64,000 nt of DNA from Geminicoccaceae bacterium (GTDB lineage: Bacteria > Pseudomonadota > Alphaproteobacteria > Geminicoccales > Geminicoccaceae). The DNA is taken from NCBI GenBank assembly GCA_036796215.1, contig DAIRDJ010000004.1, positions 2,077 through 66,076 on the forward strand. Reading direction: 5' to 3'. Of this stretch, positions 27,901 to 35,559 are shown in pieces (positions within the stretch are counted from its first letter, which is position 1; each line of letters starts with the position of its first letter). The notes beneath the pieces are model-generated. The model saw only the letters and a list, made by a program, of their open reading frames with translations. It ran no database searches and had not been told where the DNA came from. The translations under genes were made by a program, and so were the position numbers.

Positions 27901-28091
27901 TCGACGGCCAGGGTGTGCCGCGCAATCCCGAACGGGCGGTCGAGCTCTTGCAGCGCGCCGCGGCCGCCGGCTCGCCCGACGCCGGGGTGGCCCTCGGCGA
28001 TCTCTACACCATGGGCGGGGCGGTCGATCGCGACAGCGAGCGCGCGGCCTACTGGTACCAGGCCGCGGCCGAGGCGCGCGCCGGCGACTGA
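24936..28091 (+). CDS. Giant Sel1-like repeat (SLR/TPR-like) lipoprotein
   Basis: Real part of ORF 24612..28091 from MTRSPSSHTRR (ATGA overlap at 24936). Lipobox LTLLAAC. About 26 units of the A-x-x-W/LY-x-x-AA-x-x-G...LG-x-LY signature, counted by eye. Confidence 0.85.
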   Translation: MTRSPSSHTRRIAWLAGLTLLAACNYESGERALERGDEMRAAEIWQPLARRGDMRAALALARLDTGADATPAELDEAERELRRVLRLGEGWQQGWAYYELARVERQRDRPVEAAAYYEEALERGVEWAAYDLGQLLAEGRGVQPDPARALRLTEQAADEGVAPAMTAMGTFYVRGIGVAADPEAARRWYEKAAAAGDPWGQFALGQLLLAADREGGELDPAGAAAAFEAAVAEGIVQAKLPLADLLLPFDPATAEVVPADPNRALALYTEAAAAGDAWASYRLAEIYASGRLAPADPERAAKHYAKAAEGGIGLAAKALGRLYELGQGVPVDPARAADLYTTAAAEGDIDAVLGLIRLARLPDPPPIDTTTLLAELEVALDLRPADAGQVLGDLYLAGDLVPTDPVLATGYLETALAAGNTTVRPRLARLYLDPTLELGGAGRDAEAGRRLLEDAAGEGDPNAAFELARLLEAPPAADPARARSLYTAAAEAGVAAAQKALADQFRDGIGGPQDRDLAVRWYEVAAAGGDPWAAFELARLLETGAGVAADPARARSLYARAAAAQIAPAQQALAGMLRDGRGGPPDIVAAGRWYRAAADAGEPWAAYELAQLYAADTAGVLPADRSRTETMTILYRSAANAGIPQAQLALGDLLADPANPAADPAAAAAWYERAMASGEPIAAFRLARLPSPGTTSANLEPRRRALLEEAVAAGVPGAATELARLLESDEDGAPDPARALELYQSAAAEGDPWAALALGRHYQGDARTPTRGSRDPDLAIVWLEQAAAADIAEAKRRLGDLYADSASDHFAPESAVRWYEAAAADGDEWAMIELAKLRMDGPAGIADPAAAARALEPLAEAGLPQAQKLLGDLYDRGQGVRADPETAVAWHRAAAQGGDPWAAFAMAERHSRGRDVPRDPDRAREYYVIAAAAGLAPAQRWLADAEMMRAMASRGAEAEAARGSAVTWYQAAAEGGDARALYRLGILHLDGQGVPRNPERAVELLQRAAAAGSPDAGVALGDLYTMGGAVDRDSERAAYWYQAAAEARAGD

Positions 28092-28191
28092 TGTCCGGCT
28101 GCCCGGTCGAGGATTCCGCTCGAGTGGCTGATTGACAACCATGGCCTTGGCAGAATAAGCGGAATTGTGTTCCGTTTTTAGTCGAGGGTCG

Positions 28192-29040
28192 ATGCGCCAG
28201 TCCGCCACCCGTCGCAGCCTCGCCATCCTCGAGCTGCTCGCCGAGTGTCCCGAAGGCCTGCCGCTCGGCGAACTGGGCCAGCGGCTCGACCTGCCCAAGA
28301 GCGTCGCCCATCGCCTGTTGTCGCTGCTGACCGAGGAGGGCTACACCCGACAGGACAGGGCCACCGGGCACTATGCGCTGACGCTCAAGCTCACCCTCCT
28401 CGGTGCCCGTCATCTTGCTGGCACCGGCCTCGGTGACGTCAGCCAGCCGATCCTCGACCGCCTGGCGCGGGCCACCGGCGAACTCGTCCGCCTCACCGTC
28501 GTCGAGGGCGATGGCCTCGTTTGGGTCGGCAAGGCCCAAGGTGCCCGGCATGGTCTGCGCTACGATCCCGATGCCGGCACGCAGGTGGTGCTGCATGCGA
28601 CCGCGACCGGCAAGGCCTGGCTCGCCACCCTGTCCGAGGCCGAGGCGATGCGCATCGTCGCGGCTACCGCGTTCCGCACCCCAGAGCATTTCGGACCCGA
28701 TGTCATCCGCGATCCCGAGCGGTTTCGCGAGGAGCTCGCCCGCACCCGGGCCCGCGGCTACGGCCTCGCCGTCGAGGAGGGGGAGCCCGGCACGGCCGCC
28801 GTCGCCGTGGTGGTGCGTGCCTCGGCTACCGAAGCGGCACCGGCGGTCGGGACGCTCAGTGTGGCAGGACCGGTCGGCCGGTTCACGCCCGATCGCTGCC
28901 GCCGCTTCGTCGCCGAGATCGAGGCGGCGGCCGGCGAGCTCAGCGGTCTCTGGCCGTTACGCGCGCCATTCGCGAGCGAGCCCGCGCTGCCGCAGGTGCC
29001 GGACACCCTTGCCGAGCGAGGAGTCTTGCAGCATGCCTGA
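28192..29040 (+). CDS. IclR-family transcriptional regulator
   Basis: ORF 28165..29040, start at MRQSATRR. SLAILELLAE...LGELGQRLDLPKSVAHRLLSLL wHTH domain plus an IclR effector domain (GLAVEEGEPG). Confidence 0.85.
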   Translation: MRQSATRRSLAILELLAECPEGLPLGELGQRLDLPKSVAHRLLSLLTEEGYTRQDRATGHYALTLKLTLLGARHLAGTGLGDVSQPILDRLARATGELVRLTVVEGDGLVWVGKAQGARHGLRYDPDAGTQVVLHATATGKAWLATLSEAEAMRIVAATAFRTPEHFGPDVIRDPERFREELARTRARGYGLAVEEGEPGTAAVAVVVRASATEAAPAVGTLSVAGPVGRFTPDRCRRFVAEIEAAAGELSGLWPLRAPFASEPALPQVPDTLAERGVLQHA

Positions 29041-29479
29041 TCCCGAAACGCCGCGCTATCCCGGGCCCTTGCCGCTCGACGCGGCCAAGACGGCCCTCCA
29101 CCTGGCGCGGCTCGGCGATGCCAGCTTCACCCGTGACGGTCCGCGGGCCGATGTCGAATATCGGGATCTGGGGCTCGCCCATGCAAGCGGCGGCCGGATC
29201 GGCGCCAAGCACATCCGCGCCATCGCACCGTTCGCAAGGGAGACTGGCTGGCACTGGCACGACATGGAGGGGCACTTCGTCTTCGTGCTCAAGGGCTGGA
29301 TCACGTTTCACTTTGCGGGCGTCGCGGCGCCGGTGACGGTCGAGGCGGGGGGCTGCCTGTCGCAGCCGGCTGGCGTCGCTCACAATGTGGTCGCCCGCTC
29401 CGATGACCTCGAGCTCATCGAGATCAACCTGCCGGCCGACTTCGGCACCATGGAGCTGGACGAGGCGCATGGCGGCTGA
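29033..29479 (+). CDS. Cupin-domain protein
   Basis: Real part of ORF 28403..29479 from MPDPETPRY. GWHWHDMEGHFVFVLKGW...QPAGVAHNV is a cupin two-motif pattern. Confidence 0.65.
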   Translation: MPDPETPRYPGPLPLDAAKTALHLARLGDASFTRDGPRADVEYRDLGLAHASGGRIGAKHIRAIAPFARETGWHWHDMEGHFVFVLKGWITFHFAGVAAPVTVEAGGCLSQPAGVAHNVVARSDDLELIEINLPADFGTMELDEAHGG

Positions 29480-30302
29480 TCGCGCACTGGCGTTGGAGCC
29501 CGAGACCTCGGGCGGTGGCCGCCTCACGCTTTGGCTGAAGAAGCGCGCCGGCGTGATCGCCGTCTTTGTCCTGCTCTTTGTCATGTGGGAGGTGGCGGTC
29601 TGGTTTTTCGCGATCAAGCCCTACCTCTTGCCGCCGCCCTCGCTCGTCTGGATCGAGTTCCTCAAGCGCTGGGACACCGTCCTGCATGGGGCGATCGTCA
29701 CGACGCAAGAGATCGCCGGCGGCTACCTGCTGGCCGTCATCGTCAGCATCCCCATGGCGCTTGCCGTCGCCAAGTCGCGCTTCGTCGAGGAGTCCATCTA
29801 CCCGGTCGTCGTCTTCCTGCAGATCATCCCGAAGATCGCGATCGCCCCGCTTTTCATCATCTGGCTCGGCTTCGGCTACACCCCGAAGCTGTTGATCGTC
29901 TTCCTGCTCTGTTTTTTTCCGATCGTCGTCGCCAGTGTCGCCGGGTTCAAGTCGGTCGATCCCGAAATCCGCGACTTCGCTCGAACGACTGGTGCCGGTC
30001 CCTGGAAGATGTTCTTCAAGATCCAGCTGCCGCAGGCGCTGCCCGAGATCTTCACTGGCCTCAAGGTCGGCGCCGCCCTCTCTGCGACGGCAGCGGTCGT
30101 CGCCGAATTCGTCGCGGCCGATCGTGGCCTCGGCTACCTGCTCCTGCAATACAACGGGCAATTCATGACGCCCATGGTTTTTGCCATCATCATCGTGCTC
30201 AGCCTGATCGGGCTCGCCGTCTACTACCTGGTCGAGCTGCTCGAACGACTGGTCATCCCGTGGCACGTCTCGCAACGGCCGGCAGGGGTCACCGGGGTCT
30301 GA
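29469..30302 (+). CDS. NitT/TauT-family ABC transporter permease
   Basis: ORF 29385..30302 trimmed to MAADRAL. Six TM segments and an EAA-like loop (DFARTTGAGPWKMFFKIQLPQALP). Confidence 0.85.
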   Translation: MAADRALALEPETSGGGRLTLWLKKRAGVIAVFVLLFVMWEVAVWFFAIKPYLLPPPSLVWIEFLKRWDTVLHGAIVTTQEIAGGYLLAVIVSIPMALAVAKSRFVEESIYPVVVFLQIIPKIAIAPLFIIWLGFGYTPKLLIVFLLCFFPIVVASVAGFKSVDPEIRDFARTTGAGPWKMFFKIQLPQALPEIFTGLKVGAALSATAAVVAEFVAADRGLGYLLLQYNGQFMTPMVFAIIIVLSLIGLAVYYLVELLERLVIPWHVSQRPAGVTGV

Positions 30303-30336
30303 AAACGCGACACCACCACAACGGGGAGGCAGAACA

Positions 30337-31311
30337 ATGACGATCAAGACCGTGCTGGCGGCGGCGACCGCCACGCTCATCGCCGCGACCGCCTGGCAGG
30401 CCGAGGCCAACGACGCCGTCTCGCTCCGGCTCAACTGGTATCTGGGCGGCCTGCACGTGCCCTTCTATTACGGCCGTGACGAGGGCTTCTTCAGCGAGGA
30501 GGGCATCGACCTCACCATCAACGAGGGCCGCGGCTCCGGCAACACGACCCAGGTGGTGGCCGCCGGCTCCGACACCTTCGGCATGGCCGACAGCTCGAGC
30601 CTGATCGGCCTCGCGGCACAAGGTGCGGAGATCAAATCCATCATGTCGCTGCTCAACTCGACGGGCTTCTCGGTCATCTCGCTCGCCGAGGCCGGCATTC
30701 GCGAGCCCAAGGATCTCGAAGGCAAGTCGCTCGCGGTCTCGCCGGGCGATCCGCTGGCCCAGCTCCTCGAAGCCGTGGCCAAGGCCAATGATGTCGACAT
30801 CTCGACCATTACCTTCGTCCAGGTCGATCCGGCCGCCAAGGTCGTGACGGTGCTCGAGAAGCGCGCCGATGCGCTGCTCGGTGGTGCCGACGACCAGTAT
30901 TTCCTGATCAAGTACCAGGGCCAGGAACCGGCGGCCCTGCGCTATTCCGAGCACGGGGCGAACATCGTCGGCATGACGATCCTCACATCCACCGACCTGA
31001 TCGAGAGCAATCCCGATCTCGTCGAGCGCTTCGTCCGCGCCTCGGTACGCTCCTGGCAGGCGGCGATCGAGAATCCCGAGGCCGCGGTCGAGGCGGGGCT
31101 CCGGGAGAAGCCCGATCTCAATGCCCAGTCGACCCTCGATCAGCTGATGGTCGACATCGAGCTCTTGCGCTCGCCCGCCTCGCCCGACCGCATCGGCTAT
31201 GGTGCGGAAGAGGACTGGACGCGCACGATCAATCTCTTGAAGGAGTATCGCGGGCTCGAGACCGAGCTCGACTGGACCGCCTTCCACACCAACGCGTTCA
31301 TCCCGGACTAA
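30337..31311 (+). CDS. NMT1/THI5-like ABC transporter substrate-binding protein
   Basis: ORF 30337..31311. Signal peptide, then LRLNWYLGGLHVPFYYGRDEGFFSEEGIDL, typical of NitT/TauT binding proteins. Confidence 0.8.
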   Translation: MTIKTVLAAATATLIAATAWQAEANDAVSLRLNWYLGGLHVPFYYGRDEGFFSEEGIDLTINEGRGSGNTTQVVAAGSDTFGMADSSSLIGLAAQGAEIKSIMSLLNSTGFSVISLAEAGIREPKDLEGKSLAVSPGDPLAQLLEAVAKANDVDISTITFVQVDPAAKVVTVLEKRADALLGGADDQYFLIKYQGQEPAALRYSEHGANIVGMTILTSTDLIESNPDLVERFVRASVRSWQAAIENPEAAVEAGLREKPDLNAQSTLDQLMVDIELLRSPASPDRIGYGAEEDWTRTINLLKEYRGLETELDWTAFHTNAFIPD

Positions 31312-32171
31312 TGGCGGCAACGACCGCGGCAGCAGCGGCGGGTGCGCGACCCGCCGCTGCGAGCGGTCCGGCAGCGACGGTCAAGGCCGGCAGCGGGGCC
31401 GGTTGGCCCATCAGCATTCAAGGCGTGAGCCAGATCTTCCGCCGCGGGAACCAGGTGACCCATGCCCTGGACGAGGTCGACCTCGAGATCGAGGCCGGCG
31501 AGTTCGTTGCCATCGTCGGCCCCTCGGGCTGCGGCAAGTCGACCTTGCTCAAGATCGTGGCAGGGCTGCTGGCGCGCAGCAGCGGCCGGGTCGCGATCGA
31601 CGGCAAGGAGGTGACCAGCCCGCACACCGAGCTCGGCATCGTCTTTCAGAGCCCCGTCCTGCTCGACTGGCGCAACGTGCTGGACAACGTGCTGATCCAG
31701 ATCGAGCTCAGGGGCCTCGACCGCAAGCGCTATGTCGCAACGGCCCAGGACCTGCTGACCAAGGTCGGCCTCGGCGAGTTTACCGACCGGATGCCGCGCG
31801 AGCTCTCGGGCGGGATGCGCCAGCGGGCAGCGATCGTCCGCTCGTTCATCCACGACCCGCCACTCTTGATGATGGATGAGCCGTTCGGTGCGCTCGATGC
31901 CTTGACCCGCGAGCAGATGCGCATCGACCTCGAGAAGCTCTGGCTCGAGCGCCGGCACACGACACTCTTCATCACCCACGGCATCGCCGAGGCCGTGTCT
32001 CTTGCCGACCGGGTGGTCGTCATGACGCCGCGCCCCGGCCGGATCGACCGGATCATCGAGATCGACCTGCCGCGGCCGCGCGACAAGGCGGTCGTCACGA
32101 GCCAGGCCTTCGCCGGCTATTGCGATGCGATCACCGAGACCTTCATGCGCCGCGGTGTCATCCGCTATTGA
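31311..32171 (+). CDS. NitT/TauT-family ABC transporter ATP-binding protein
   Basis: ORF 31311..32171. GPSGCGKSTLL, LSGGMRQRAAI, LLMMDEPFGALD. Ala-rich N-terminal extension of about 35 aa, so the start is uncertain. Confidence 0.85.
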   Translation: MAATTAAAAAGARPAAASGPAATVKAGSGAGWPISIQGVSQIFRRGNQVTHALDEVDLEIEAGEFVAIVGPSGCGKSTLLKIVAGLLARSSGRVAIDGKEVTSPHTELGIVFQSPVLLDWRNVLDNVLIQIELRGLDRKRYVATAQDLLTKVGLGEFTDRMPRELSGGMRQRAAIVRSFIHDPPLLMMDEPFGALDALTREQMRIDLEKLWLERRHTTLFITHGIAEAVSLADRVVVMTPRPGRIDRIIEIDLPRPRDKAVVTSQAFAGYCDAITETFMRRGVIRY

Positions 32172-32178
32172 GGATTCA

Positions 32179-33108
32179 ATGATGCTGCCACGCCCCTTCA
32201 CTGGCGTGATCGCCGCGCCCTTCCTGCCGATGCACGAGGATGGCGAGATCGACTGGTCGAGCCTCGAGCGCTACATGGACTGGCTCACCCGCCAGAAGCC
32301 CGCGGCGATCGCCATGAACATGGACGCGTCCGAGGTGATCGCCCTCGAGCCCGAGCAGGAGATCGAGGTCGTCCGCCTCTGCCGGAGGACGATCGCCGGC
32401 CGTGTGCCCTTCCTGTCGGGCCTGGTGGCGGGCTCAACCCGGGCTGCGGCACGCAAGGCCGAGCGCCTCGCTCGGGAGGGAGCCGAAGGGTTTGCCGTCT
32501 TTCCGCCCCTGCCCACTTTTGCCGGGGCACCGGTCCCGGCTGAGATGCTCTACCGCTTCCACAAGGCCATAGCGGACGCCGCCGGGCGTGCGGTCATCTG
32601 CTTTCAGTTCCCCAAGGGCTGGGGGCCGGACTACACGCCCGAGATCCTCGCCCGCATGGCCGAGATCCCGGAGCTCGTCGCGATCAAGGAAGCGTCGTTC
32701 GACGTCGCACAGACCCAGTCGACCATCGAGGCCGCTGCCGCCCTCGACCAGCCGATCGGCGTGCTCACCGGCAGCGACACCTTCATCTTCGAGGCGATGG
32801 TCATGGGCTGCAGCGGTGCCTTGATCGGCTTCGCCGGCACCGCCACCGCCGAGCTGGTCGCGATGGAGCGGGCCGTTGCCACGGGTGATCTCGCAACCGG
32901 TCGCGCCATCTGGCAGCAGCTCGGACCGATCGCCCGCTATTGCTGGCGCCCGCCGATCCGCGATTTCCGCCCGCGAATGAAGGAGGTGCTGCGCTGGCAG
33001 GGGCATTTCCCGAGTGCTGCCTGCCGCGAGCCGCAGCTCGGCGTGAGCGAAGCGGAGCGGCTCACGATCGAGGCCTTGTGCGCACGACAGGAGCTCAGCC
33101 GTTTATGA
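32179..33108 (+). CDS. Dihydrodipicolinate synthase/N-acetylneuraminate lyase-family (class I aldolase) protein
   Basis: ORF 32125..33108 trimmed to MMLPRPFTG (GAGGA upstream). GVIAAPFLPMHEDGEIDW..., AIKEAS (Schiff-base Lys region). Confidence 0.7.
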   Translation: MMLPRPFTGVIAAPFLPMHEDGEIDWSSLERYMDWLTRQKPAAIAMNMDASEVIALEPEQEIEVVRLCRRTIAGRVPFLSGLVAGSTRAAARKAERLAREGAEGFAVFPPLPTFAGAPVPAEMLYRFHKAIADAAGRAVICFQFPKGWGPDYTPEILARMAEIPELVAIKEASFDVAQTQSTIEAAAALDQPIGVLTGSDTFIFEAMVMGCSGALIGFAGTATAELVAMERAVATGDLATGRAIWQQLGPIARYCWRPPIRDFRPRMKEVLRWQGHFPSAACREPQLGVSEAERLTIEALCARQELSRL

Positions 33109-33809
33109 CAGTGCGTGGGCAAGGTGCCGTCGCCATCTGGCACGACATCGCATCGGAAGGCCGGAGCGACTTCTACGCCTGGCACGGCCAGGAGCACATG
33201 CCGGAGCGGGTGGCGATCCCAGGCTTCATCCGCGGCCGCCGCTGGGTCGCCATCGACGCCGATCGCGAGTTCTTCAATCTCTACGAAACCCGGGATGCCG
33301 GCGTGGTCAAAGGCGCCGACTACAAGGCGCGACTCGACGACCCGACGCCCTGGACGCTGCGCACGGTCGCCAATTTCCGGAAAGTGGCACGGTCGCTTTG
33401 CACTGTCGAAGCCAGCACCACGAGTGCCGCCACAATCGGCGCCGATGGCGGCACGCTGGCGACGATCCGCCATGATCTGCCACCGGGCCGGATCGCCGCT
33501 CATCTCACGGCTTTGCGCGAGACGCTGATCCCGGCGTTGGCGGCCACAGACGGCATTGCCGCGGTCCACGTGATCGCGGCCGACCTCGAGGCCAGTGGCT
33601 ACGTCAATGCCGAGCAACGCGCCCGCGGCGACGCCAACGAGATCCCGACCCATGCGCTACTGATCGAAGGCTGGGGCGACGAGGCCGACTTCATCGCGAG
33701 CGTCGAAGCTGTGCTGGCCGCGACCGTCGAGGCCTACCGGCCGGAAGGGCCGCTGCGGCTCGGCTACTACCGCCACCAGATCACGACCTGGAAGGCCCGA
33801 GGCGAATAG
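33105..33809 (+). CDS. Hypothetical protein with two ferredoxin-like halves (family not recognised)
   Basis: Real part of ORF 32940..33809 from MTVRGQG (ATGA overlap with the aldolase gene). Non-shadow composition. Confidence 0.5.
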   Translation: MTVRGQGAVAIWHDIASEGRSDFYAWHGQEHMPERVAIPGFIRGRRWVAIDADREFFNLYETRDAGVVKGADYKARLDDPTPWTLRTVANFRKVARSLCTVEASTTSAATIGADGGTLATIRHDLPPGRIAAHLTALRETLIPALAATDGIAAVHVIAADLEASGYVNAEQRARGDANEIPTHALLIEGWGDEADFIASVEAVLAATVEAYRPEGPLRLGYYRHQITTWKARGE

Positions 33810-33920
33810 AGCTGAGCTTTCCGGAGCGTGTCCATCCGGTGCCGGCGGAGAAGCGGGCCGGTGCGCCCGGCTGCATCGAGAGTGACGACGAGTGGCTCGG
33901 CCACGGCCGCCTCGCGGGCA

Positions 33921-35456
33921 TCATCGACCCAGGAGTCGCTCGACCGGTGCCAGGTCGTCGGTGAGGAAGACGGTGCCAGGGCTGCTCGCCGTCGTCGGCT
34001 CGGCGAGCCTGGCCCAGGTGGTGGCGGGGGCGCTGGACGCCTCGAGGGGGCTCTCGAGGCCGGACGGCCTGGCCGCGGCGTAGACGATGAAATTGATGCT
34101 GTCCGACGTCTGGTAGGCGGCAGCGTCATACCACACCTCGACGACGGTAAACCGGTGACGCAGCGTCTCGACGGCGCTGGCAACGAGGCGCCGCGGCTGC
34201 ACCGCGTCGATGATGTTGATGACGTAGAAGCCTTCCGCCGTGAGCCTACGGGACACGAGCGCGTGGAACTCGTCGGTGATCAGATGGGCCGGGAGGGCCA
34301 CGTCGCGAAAGGCGTCGCCGACGATGACGTCGAAGCGGCGGTCGTCGGCTATGCGGGCGAGAGCTAGCCTGGCATCCAAGTCGAGGATCTCGGTCGCCGG
34401 TCCCGGCTCGAACCAGAGCCGGTCCCGGGCGATTGCCGTCACCAGGGGATCGAGTTCGGCCACGGTGATGGCGGTGGTCGGATCGCGGGCGAGCCAGGTG
34501 CGTGGCAGGGTATAGCCACCGCCACCGATGAAGAAGGCGGTGAAGGGCACGCCCGCGAAGCGCTGGCGCACCAGTTCGTCCATCCATTGCAGATGCGAGA
34601 ACGCGAGATAGGCGGGGTCCTCGTGATTGACGCTCTGGGTCAGCGCGTCGAGGCGAAGCAGGCGGGCACCCGGCAGGTTGCGCTCCTCGCCCGAGAAGAC
34701 GCCGATGCAGTAGTAGCGGCTCTCGTAGGCACAGGGTGTCGCAAAGCTGGGTAGTGACCATCCGGAAAGCGTGAAGAAGGCAGCGATCGCGACGAGACCC
34801 CAGGCCACGACCCGCTGGCGAAACGAGGGCACGAAGAAGGCTGCGAGGACGGCGTTGAGGCCCGCCACGAGCCAGATCGAGCCGGCCGAGCCCAGATAGG
34901 CGACGAGGACGAAGCCGGCGAGGAAGGTGCCGAGGATCGCCCCCACGACACCGGTCGCCAGCATCCCGCCGACGACCCTGCCGGCGCGGCTGCCCAGCAC
35001 CTCGAGGGCGAAGGTGGTGGCGATGGGCTGGACGAGGCCGGCCGTCAGGCTCGGGATCAGGAAGGCGGCGAAGCCGGTGACGACGATGGCGGTGGGCACG
35101 GCCACGTCGGCGGCGCTGAGCGAGCCAGCGACACTATCCAGAATCGGGAGGACGAGGATGGTCGTCACCGCACCGGCGAGGCAGGCGAGCCCGAGGGCCT
35201 CGGCGCGGCGGCCGGGCCAGGCATCCGCGAGCCGGCCGCCGGCCCAGTGGCCGAGGGCGAGACCGGTCAGCACGACGCCGATGACCGTCGTCCAGGTCTC
35301 GAGCGACATGCCGAAATAGGGGGCGAGCAGGCGGCCGGCGGTAATCTCGACAATCATCGCTCCGGCGGCGTTGCCGGCGACGACCAGCGCCAGGACGGCG
35401 GCGAGATGCCGTCGGGACCAGGCCCGGTCTGGGTTGCCGGACGGCTGTTCGGACAA
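33921..35456 (-). CDS. Membrane-fused spermidine synthase-like (SAM-dependent transferase fold) protein
   Basis: Distal 511 codons of ORF 33921..35864. Seven or eight TM segments followed by FFIGGGGYTLPR...VAELDP...FDVIVGDAF...FYVINI, the SpeE-like motifs. Start proposed at TTG 35456 (GGGAAGGAAA upstream); the start is uncertain. Confidence 0.7.
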   Translation of the reverse strand: MSEQPSGNPDRAWSRRHLAAVLALVVAGNAAGAMIVEITAGRLLAPYFGMSLETWTTVIGVVLTGLALGHWAGGRLADAWPGRRAEALGLACLAGAVTTILVLPILDSVAGSLSAADVAVPTAIVVTGFAAFLIPSLTAGLVQPIATTFALEVLGSRAGRVVGGMLATGVVGAILGTFLAGFVLVAYLGSAGSIWLVAGLNAVLAAFFVPSFRQRVVAWGLVAIAAFFTLSGWSLPSFATPCAYESRYYCIGVFSGEERNLPGARLLRLDALTQSVNHEDPAYLAFSHLQWMDELVRQRFAGVPFTAFFIGGGGYTLPRTWLARDPTTAITVAELDPLVTAIARDRLWFEPGPATEILDLDARLALARIADDRRFDVIVGDAFRDVALPAHLITDEFHALVSRRLTAEGFYVINIIDAVQPRRLVASAVETLRHRFTVVEVWYDAAAYQTSDSINFIVYAAARPSGLESPLEASSAPATTWARLAEPTTASSPGTVFLTDDLAPVERLLGR

Positions 35457-35559
35457 GCGCTTTCCTTCCCTCTTGCGCGGCCGGACGAAGACGGGGGCGA
35501 GGTCTAGCGCATTATGGCAACGTCTGCATGCACCGACGGCCGGCTGCGACGGGGCTCGA

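Noticed and set aside
11463-28091. PEP-CTERM/exosortase-type EPS locus, which also combines a FemAB-related protein, a sugar transferase, a PCP and a TPR lipoprotein
   Set aside because: No exosortase (EpsH)-like polytopic protein, no EpsI and no PEP-CTERM substrate genes are present in the operon or its flanks within this window.
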